NCBI RefSeq assembly: GCF_006345805.1
Contig: NC_043019.1
Span: 24,489,360-24,553,359, forward strand
Origin: Octopus sinensis
Lineage: Eukaryota
DNA length: 64,000 nt
Reading direction: 5' to 3'
Shown here: positions 54,567 through 64,000 of the stretch, in pieces
Layout of the letters: each line of letters opens with the position of its first letter
Numbering within the stretch: position 1 is the first letter of the stretch
Notes under the pieces: generated by a model
Seen by the model: only the letters and a program-made list of their open reading frames with translations
The model's database searches: none
Told to the model about the DNA's origin: nothing
Program-made: the position numbers and the translations under genes

Positions 54567-54890
54567 ATACACACTTTTCGTGCCAAAGGGTACTCATTAA
54601 ACAGTAAAATAATGTAGTATCCTTATGTTCCGTCATTTTTGTTTCCACTGACGATTGGCTGGTTTGAATTCGGTAATATATTTTGCTTCAAATCAGTGAG
54701 GTTTTTTCCAATTATTTGAAAATAAATTGCAATAAGTACTTGCATATTCTAATCATACTAGCTTAATTATTAAGGACAGAAAGTTGATAATTCAGCAACA
54801 ACATTTTCGTTTGGTATTTTCCAATCTTGTTCAACTTTTTGAGACCTAAAATATAGAAAATAGAAAATAAACATTCGGAATGTGTGTGTG

Positions 54891-54935
<45 letters not shown>

Positions 54936-55097
54936 CGTGCGCGCGTGTTTGTGTGTGTGTGCGTGCATGTGTGTTTCTCTATTTCTCCCCCTGTATATAT
55001 ATATATATATATTATATATATATATACATATATATAATATATATATATATATTATATATATATACATACATATATATACATATATATAAATATATAT

Positions 55098-55152
<55 letters not shown>

Positions 55153-58100
55153 GTGTATGTGTGTATGTATATATATAGGTATATGTAATGCTGAATGAGT
55201 ATAAGCTGAATGTTATTTGAAGTCTGTACAATGTTACCAGCTTTATGACACCTTCCGGTATAAATAAAGAGAATTCATGCTAAACACGCTGGATGAAGAG
55301 CAAAAGTTGATCCTCATCTGAATCGAGCAACGAATAATGAAGCAGCGACTAGTATTCGAAGCAGCAAACTTCGTACATGAGTTGATTCTATCAAATACAC
55401 GTTTTATCATCTATATTCCAATAAAATTCCTTATTTTCCTATATGTGTTTTGAGATAATAGAAATACCTCTCATGTTCTCTGGTAACGGTATCTTTCCTA
55501 TAGAAAGATCATTCCAGAAAATATTTCGCTGATAAAATTATGTCAAGTTTCTTATGGTAAACAATGAGGATGACAATGAAGAGATTAAATAACATACTAG
55601 AGATGAGAAAATATCCTCTCAACTATAAAGTTCTTGATACGAATTTTTGGAAACGATCAAATACTTTTAACACTTAACCTAATGAGAGAGCTTTGAATGT
55701 TCAAATGACCATAATTTTCAACATAGCTATCGAACGAAGATGATAGGAAAATGGACAGCAGAAACACCCATACTTTTCTGAAAGCTACAAGAAGAATGCA
55801 AAATATACTGCGAGTTGATTGCAGACAATACTTGATAGAACTCACCTTTATTATATTGTTAATGCATCTTGGCAACGTTAAAGTGAAATAACAAACGAGT
55901 ACTGGATTAAATTTTCCCCTCTCCCACCTAAAAACTGCTGTTTGGTTCCTAAATTAGAAATAATTATTAAATGAAAGAGTAAACTTTGAACGACTCGCTG
56001 ACTCGATTCTATTTTACCATTCACAGCACGATTTGTTTTAATTAAAAAGAAATTATTTATAATTGTTTCAGAATCAAGGGAGCGTTTAATGACCCCCGAA
56101 ATATTAAAAATATTACAAACTCTCTAAAAAGTTATTTGATTCCCTGTGTTTTTCTAGAAATGTTTTTGTGTATTTTTGTTTATCTAACAAATAATTCAAT
56201 CTAATACCTCACACTTTCTTAGTTTTGTACACCTTTATTAATAACATATATGTAATTTCCCTCATTGACTTCCATAGAAAATATCAAAATCTGGATCTTA
56301 TCCTGTACATATATAAAACAATATAAGTAAATGAGAGTGTTCTGATGAAATTTATAATTTGCATGATTCTGATGAATTATATAAAATTTTGAAATAAGAT
56401 CTATAGTAACGTCTGTTCTTAATAAATATAAAATATTTGAAACAAGCATCAAAAACGTTTCATATATATACATCTCTCTATTTTCTTCCGTCCAGTTTTA
56501 TATATTTTAAAAAGATTTTGTGAAATTTCAAACAAATATTTATTCCAAAGACAACAAACTCTTTTGGAATTTTAGAACTGGAGATCTGTTCTTCCTTGCA
56601 AGTAATTGCCTCAGCTAACGAAGAAAATCATCAGCAAACTCTGTAGCTGGAACTCTCGTACTGACCATTCGTACTGAAACATTAGTTTTCTTTCTAAGCA
56701 GTGATCTAGCTATCAGATGTAGGCTGGAGTCACGGGTTATCATGGCAAACAGTAGCGGGAAACTTGGTAAATAGCCTATGGGGAATTAATCCCAAAAATG
56801 AATGGGAAGAGCAACGTCGAAACTATGTACCAAGACGTCGTGAATCTTTCCCTATAACCATAATGACAATTCTCCAGTAGATATGACTTGTTAACCGAAT
56901 ACGTAAAATATTACTTAACCTATTCTTAGCAAAAATTTATGTAAAAAGATAAATTAGATTCTGGCACATCCATATCTTTCTCAAAACAACAGAGGTATAT
57001 GTAAAGCAATTTGGGACAATATTTCTTGGTAAATACACAGTCAACCGCCGCCTGACTTAAAGTCGTAACGTAAAGTGCCTAACTAACACAAAACAAGTTA
57101 TCTACCACGAACAGGTCTGTTAACAGTATGACAATAAAGTATCCTAAAGATGGTTCAGTCAGAGAAACAGTTGTTGAGATTGTAAACTAATGTATTCCAA
57201 TTAAGTTTAATGTTACTATTACAAAGAAATGTTACTATTATAAAAGAATTCTAACAAAAATATTTCAGACGTATACAACTTCCTTTAAAAATGTAAACTG
57301 TAATAAAAGTTATTTTCAGAGAAATTGCTTCGTAAAATTTTAAATTCGTCTTTTGTCTCAAATTTTATTTGTTTAATAACCAGAGAAATATTTGTGAAAT
57401 TCATGAATCCACTAAGAAATTTAATAAGCAGAGATCTTTAAAACAATCATTTCTTAGTAGAGTAGCTTATATTTAAAAGTAGACGGTTGACTTATTTTAT
57501 TAACGGCTAAAATAAATCAGCGGATTGACTGTGAGCTCAAATATCATTTTCTTTTAAGAAAAAACTTTGCTATCCGCATCCACTGGAGTACAAGAGACAA
57601 AATAGCGACAAGATTTGAAACTGAGATTGCATATGCATAAAAGTTCGGTTTGTATTAGTTACTAAATACAAGTGAAAATAGCTATTATCAATCTATGTTA
57701 ACTAGATTGGAAATTAGAGGATTAGTGTAAGTAAAATAAGACACAAGAAAACGAAAAGGAAAACTCCAACATGTCTCACTCAACACGAGAGATATATTTA
57801 GAAATTAATTTAACTTGAATCAAACAATATATCGATATAATAGAATTGAAAGTAAGCAGCCTGTACCACTCGAGAAGTACTGGAATTCTGACAAATATAA
57901 ATATTTGATAGCGATTCAAATGTGTTTAAACTGACAAGACAACCTTAATGTTTCGAATATACATTCATGATAAACTGCCTTTTATATCTCTTTCAGCACC
58001 AAGCTTTATTCTGTGTAAAAAAAGAGAAATGTGATTATATTATAAAAAATACAAATAACTACTTCGTGCCTCTGGTACATACACTATAAAGATATATATC

Positions 58101-58576
58101 ACTATTATTGTAAACTATATCATTTTATCAATATCCATCTCAAACTATTTATGCGGTATATTTGTTTATCAGAATAGAATAAATAAAAGATCATACCTTT
58201 AACCGACATAAGTATTGGCAGAGTTGGTGAGGAAGAGTTTAAATTGCTAGTTGCTTTTATGTTCCAAGCAGAAGAATTACTACCACCTTCTTAAATGCAC
58301 CCAAGCTATTTCAAGAAACAAAAGCAATTGTCATTTAAGATGGGAACGAAAACCAAATAGAAACAATATATAACTAAACATAATGAGCCGTCTAACCTTT
58401 GGAGGCGTTACATCTTAAAGCAAATTTCGAGAGAGGTTTAGCTTTTTGTTAATTTTATTTATTATTTTATTCATTATCAAAATGCTACCCGTTCTTGAAG
58501 CTTTGATAAAACTGGCTACATCGGGACACCTTTTGTTTTCATTGCATACATGTGTTGGCATGTCAATTACACTCAC

Positions 58577-58586
58577 CGTAATGTGA
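58577..58586 (-). other. Candidate 10-nt microexon
   Basis: CCTTTTGTTTCTTTGCAG|TCACATTACG|GTGAGTG. Confidence 0.35.
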
Positions 58587-60594
58587 CTGCAAAGAAACAA
58601 AAGGTAATTGCTTGTGCTTTAAGAAGTACCTCTGTATTTTTTCGTCGCTCGCTTGCTTGACGTGTGATTGTATTTCTATTATTTCGCGATGTCGACGAAA
58701 TAACTTACGAGGGATACAGTCATTTGCAGGAAGCTTATATTTTATTCAACATGCGACTACTTCTAACTTTTAAAACATAGTTAATGTTGGTCAAAATAAA
58801 GAAATAATTATAAATGATCTTTAATATCAAGTTGTGTTACCTCAAACCTATACAAGATTTTGATATCCAGAGTAGTTCTTTCCATTTCATAAATTATGTT
58901 AAGCTTTCTTTATTTTAGACTAAACTCTGTGTGTGTGTGTGTGTATGTGTGTTTGTGCGTGCGTGTGCGTACGTACGCGCCCGTGTGTTGTTACGGGCTA
59001 GTGGGTAGTGTTTATTTCAATCGTACCAACACTATTAATTACAGATTACAGTTCGTACTAAAACACTGTCTGTAGTAAAGAATTATCTGATGCTACTCCA
59101 AAATGTTTTGAAGTGTAACGATAGAGATGAAATATAGAAATAAATATAGAAATAAATGAAAGGAAAGGCGGTGGGGAACAAATCTCCGCTGGTAATGATT
59201 ACAAATAGAAACTAATCTCAAGTGAGAAATCTAAAATAATATTCCCAAGTAAGTGTGTAGAGTCTTTTAAAGTTCCCCTCCCCTAGTCAAATACATAAAA
59301 CAAGAATGCCGAGTGCAGAGTCCTTATTCTTGTTAGTAAGTATGTTTTATTACATGTTGTAGTCCAGCACATATTGATTTAATAAGACAAAGAATTTATG
59401 GAAGTTTTAAAATAAGGCCGGTACTAAGAAAACTTTCGAAAATTTATAAATTGTTCTGACAACTGTTGAGACTAAAGTGATTTACAGAATGAATCAACTG
59501 ATGGCCATAAAGAATCGAAGATCACATTAGATATTACCTGGCAAAGAATGTCTGCTTTTGTAATTAAATAAGTTAGTGTCTGTATTGAAGAAATTTAGGA
59601 ATAACAACTTCGAGAGGATTATAAAAATATGAAAAGCAATTATAGTCTAATAGAAAGCGTCCCATACAGTATTATTCCAGTAAAATGCTTCCTAACAAAC
59701 ATTGTTTACTCTCCGAAAACTCCATTTCTAGTTGTATTTTTTTTTCGCCCAGGCTAACAAAGGTGACCAAATCTTTTCTAAATCCCTCACAACCTTCTTA
59801 AAAGATGAGAACATTGCGTAATGAAATGTACTGAGCCTGAAGTGAGGTTGAGCTGGCCATGACTGCGACGCATTTAATCCTAAGTCTGACCTCTTCCTTA
59901 AAAGCATCTTAGAATATTCAAAAAGAAATATATATTACATCATTTGATTCTGGTCCATATAATTTATTCACTAAAAAAGAAGTCAATACATAAAAATTTA
60001 CACTGAACATTCTAAACCTCAAATCAATGCAAATTTTAAATATTTAGGAAATATAAAATTTATTTCCAAAGTAAACATGTTGGTTTCAAAATGTGTTAAA
60101 TCAAAACTATGTGATAGACATGTTCTTGGTTATTGCCTTCATATCTATAATGTATTAATTCAGACAATGTATTATATACATAAGTGAACGTAGAATTTAT
60201 ATGCTACCCAAAAGTAGACATCATATTTTGAATAAACGAATATTCGGAGTCATATCCATATATATTTAGTCTCGCTGTGTAATAAGGCCCTCCAGATCTC
60301 GCTGACATCTCCCTCGAGTATGCTGCAGTGAATCGCGGATGGCTAGTTATTAAAACATAAACAAAATTGTGCCCATATAATTTTGCTAACACTGTAAAAC
60401 TGATAACGGTTTCTTTTATACTTAGTGTACATTCAGTTTCTCCTGCAGGTAAAGGATGAGATAAGATGGAATCCTCAAAAACCGAGGTGACCATGATATA
60501 CTAACACCGTAGAGTATGTAGAGAAATCAGCTTTGAATTGCCCAAGTGAGAACCTTACTGATACTCCATAACGCAAATATTCTTTTCTACTCTA

Positions 60595-60970
60595 GGCACA
60601 AGGCCGGAAATTTGGCGGGAAGGAGCCAGTCGATTAGATCGATCTCAGTACGCAACTGGTACTTAATTTATCGACCCCGAAAGGATAAAAGGCAAAGTAG
60701 ACCTCGGCGGAGTTTGAACTCAGAACGTAAAGACAGACGAAATACCTATTTCTTTACTACCCACAAGGAGCTAAACACAAAGAGGACAAACAAGGACAGA
60801 CAAACGGATTAAGTCGATTATATCGACCCCAGTGCGTAACTGGTACTTATTTAATCGACCCCGAAAGGATGAAAGGTAACGTCGACTTCGGCGGAATTTG
60901 AACTCAGAACGTAAAGATAGACGAAATACCGCTAAGCATTTCGCCCGGTGTGCTAACGTTCCTGCCAGCT
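60595..60970 (-). mobile_element. Tandem/nested pair of SINE family A copies
   Basis: The core (ATCGACCCCGAAAGGAT...GAACTCAGAACGTAAAGA.AGACGAAATACC) occurs twice with different tails but only one head. Confidence 0.85.
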
Positions 60971-62184
60971 TGTCACTTGAGAAAGAAATAATATTGTTTA
61001 CAAGAGAAGAGTAGAAGGATGAGCAGTTTCAGATGTCGAGTGACATTGTAGACAAATGTGACGATAAAAAATGACCAAAATCGGAGAAGGATGAAATTGG
61101 ACATAAAAAAGCTAAGAACTGCAAGACAGTGTTTAGAGAAATAGTAGAGAAAAAGTGCGGGTAGGGAAAAGAGTTACAACTACTACTGAATACGAAAGTA
61201 GCAACGAACAGACGTACAGAAGTTGAATTAAGAGAAACGGACAGAATGTTTGAAGTACCTATGCTACAATCTCATTTGAAAAAATCCAACTAGTCTGCTT
61301 ACTCTGGAACAAGAAAGCCAGAACATGCAGAACAGGAGCAAGACCCATGTATTCTCTAATTTATTAAGACAATTGATAATCAGGAAAACACCAATAGTGC
61401 AATGTAAATACCATTACCAACATTGTAATTGAAGTAGATGAAGTGAGAATGGTATAACCAAGAATTGAAACTATTTCCGACGGTCTTTTATGTGCATTTC
61501 GTCCGTACACTATCAAGCAGAACTGACATTATTAGAATAGTTAAAAATAATTCATTCATTCATTTTGAGTAGACGAAGGCAACATCCTATATTTAATAGT
61601 AGTAAAAAAATGTAACTTAAGGGCATTCTTCACCCCTTTTCTAATGATTATTAATGGTTAATGAGATGCAATAGCCCCAACTGAAGATGGCAAACAGCTG
61701 CGTCAACTCTGCAGAAGATTCTTTCTAATTCTACTGGACTAACGGCATTAGAAGCAATATATATCATATGTGTAAATTGGCCTTACGACCTGTCCAGATT
61801 TAATGTGTCAACTATTTTAGCGGCTGTCAATTAATGCGGATACTTACACTTGAATTGAACTTTGTTTAACATCAATTTCATATTGTAGTAAGCTTTCACA
61901 TCTTTGACATGAAACGAGAACTCAGTGGAATTAGATAAGAATTTATGGTCTTGCGCAACTGCGCAGTCTTAAAATAAGGTAATGATAATTTCTTCCAGTG
62001 GAACATGCCAAAATTTATAAGTGGTCTGTCAGTTCAATTGAGCCCTAGTATACAACTCGTATTATATTATTATCCCTGAAATATTGGAACACAGAAAGTA
62101 AAACTACAAGACTAAATATTATATCAAATATCATTACCAATAATATATATAAGCAATAATATATTCAATAATATATTCAAGCAA

Positions 62185-62450
62185 CAAGTGACCGTTCCTA
62201 AAGCGTGAAAACCACTCGTAAACTTGTCCTATGCTCATGGCAGCGTTCTAGTGATCTGTTTGTATCATGACAACTGTTTCGGTCGCCGTTTTCCCCAGCA
62301 GAAAACAGAATTTCACGGAAGCACGTTGTTCTTTCACTTCAGTCATCGCAAAAATCGATGAAGCGGAGAGGAGCACTGCAAAACAAGGACGCACCACGTG
62401 GTAGTACGATCTCACTCGATGACGCCGATTACTTTTGGGTACCCCCTTGC
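62185..62450 (-). mobile_element. Mariner 5' fragment with TIR
   Basis: TIR-like GGGGGTACCCAAAAGTAATCGG, then MTEVKEQRASVKFCFLLGKTATETVVMIQT..AAMSIGQVYEWFSRFRNG. Confidence 0.88.
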
Positions 62451-63032
62451 ATATATAAGAAGGTAGTATGTTCTAACATCGCTTACGGGAAACGAAATTC
62501 TACTGTAAGCTGTAATTGCCTTACTAATCACATACCAAAATAACAGTGCAACTGTGATCGTGCAAAATAGATGCCTTAAACAAACAAGCTAATATCAACA
62601 CCTTGTCAGCGGGGGACTTAACCACTCATTATCAAGTTATGGAATTATATATAAAATAGCAAACGAAAATGAGTTTTAATATTGTCTAAGAGAATCGAAA
62701 TTAGTGCCTTCTACAGACGACATAGTTCCTCTACTAATCTCTATGTTGGTATCAGTTGGAAGTAGATACAAGGCAAAAAACGCAGTGCTGTATCATGAGC
62801 AAAAGGGTGTCGGGATCGAATAAAACCGTTGGCGAAATTATGGGACAAGACGAGGCCAAGTCATTCTTAGTTAGGACTGAGGGCGTTGGTGATTAACACA
62901 CACACATACATGTGTGTGTGTATTCAAGGTGCATCTTTTAGGAGAGGCAGTTATTACTGTCCTAGATTATTGTAATCTTGGTATAATTGTTATTACGCAT
63001 CAAATATACTACATACATACATCATACATACA

Positions 63033-63116
<84 letters not shown>

Positions 63117-63419
63117 ATTATATATTATATATATATATATTAAAATACTGAGGGTAGAAATTGATATCAACATCAATTTAACACAGTGGTCTAGCATATT
63201 CAAAAGAACCGAAGATTTAAAAATTATTTTACAATTAATAAGAGGAATGACCACTAAAGTGGAATTTCTATACGCTAGAAATAGACGTCAAATCGCCTTA
63301 AAAAAAGTGTGTTCTCAAGAAACGCCAAAATGTAAAAGAACTTTTTACATTTTGGCGTTTGCTAGGATTTACCTAGCAGATGAATTACAGTGGGATTGCT
63401 TACCCTGAGCAAGTATACG

Positions 63420-64000
63420 ATGCAATCGGAGTGTGAATGTATACAGAAGCTCAATCCACGCTCATACCATTTGACTGGTGTAGATGAAAAAACAGCTTGC
63501 ATCCATTTTCAACTCCCACCACGTTGTTCAATCTCCGTCCTTGCACAAAACGAGCCATGGGTCAGAAAAGGTAGCATTTGTGATGGTGGAATGTCAAGAC
63601 TGTAGGCAGGATGAAGCAGCACTTCCAGCCCATCATGTTCCTTAAGTTTGCGTTTGATTCCAATGGCAGTGTGAGCTGGGACATTGTCATGCTCTACGAG
63701 TGAGTGTCTTCGTATGACTAATGCCGATTAGCGGGCTTTCAAAGCATCATATATTCGGTGCAGATGTTGAACACAAAGATTAGCATTCATAGTATAACCA
63801 CTTGGGGCAAACTCAAAGTGCAACAACCCCTCAAAATTCCACCGAACACACATGATCTGTTTAAACCGCCCTTATTTGACAACAAGCCAGAACGAAGCCC
63901 TTGATTTCTTAACAGGATTGCGAAAATAGATCCATTTTTCATCCACATTACAATTCAACGCCAAAGAGGGCCCCTCGAGAATTTTCCAGCAGTTCTATGG
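63420..64000 (-). mobile_element. Decayed mariner transposase (same family as 27020-28075), running off the window
   Basis: NVDEKWIYFRN, WNFEGLLHFE, EHDNVPAH, HPAYSLDIPP and PVKWYERG motifs. Confidence 0.88.

Noticed and set aside
60204-60494. 96-aa minus-strand ORF with GC-rich core and an acceptor at 60342
   Set aside because: No convincing donor, all frames look equally plausible, no recognisable domain.
63404-63474. Apparent 71-nt minus-strand exon (KWYERGLSF...) with good splice sites
   Set aside because: Mostly the C-terminus of the mariner transposase remnant; the splice signals are probably incidental.

Overview
AT-rich, microsatellite-dense eukaryotic DNA that is almost entirely non-coding. 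The repeat families resemble those I recall from octopus (coleoid cephalopod) genomes; this assignment is an inference, not a database result. No complete host gene is visible. A few short minus-strand segments with good splice signals (58577-58586, 51545-51566, 7826-7879, 1682-1732) may be exons of a long-intron gene, but some could arise by chance. The rest is decayed mobile DNA: tRNA-headed SINEs of several families, two Tc1 copies in inverted orientation, four mariner remnants, a young 5'-truncated CR1 LINE with a TSD, an RTE endonuclease remnant, two 3' ends of a REL-endonuclease (R4/Dong/NeSL-like) LINE, and a Helitron helicase remnant. The most notable signal is a set of short, often palindromic repeats carrying hammerhead-ribozyme (HHR) or HHR-like motifs: (1) a tRNA-headed SINE-like element with a canonical core at 23.4 kb; (2) a 197-bp palindrome with a canonical core and intact helix I at 47.1 kb; (3) variant-core motifs at 5.6 and 47.7 kb; (4) a possible non-standard, pseudoknotted HHR strand order at 36.2 kb. 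Two further near-perfect foldbacks lie at 28.6 and 34.5 kb. Almost all ORFs in the supplied track are microsatellite artefacts.
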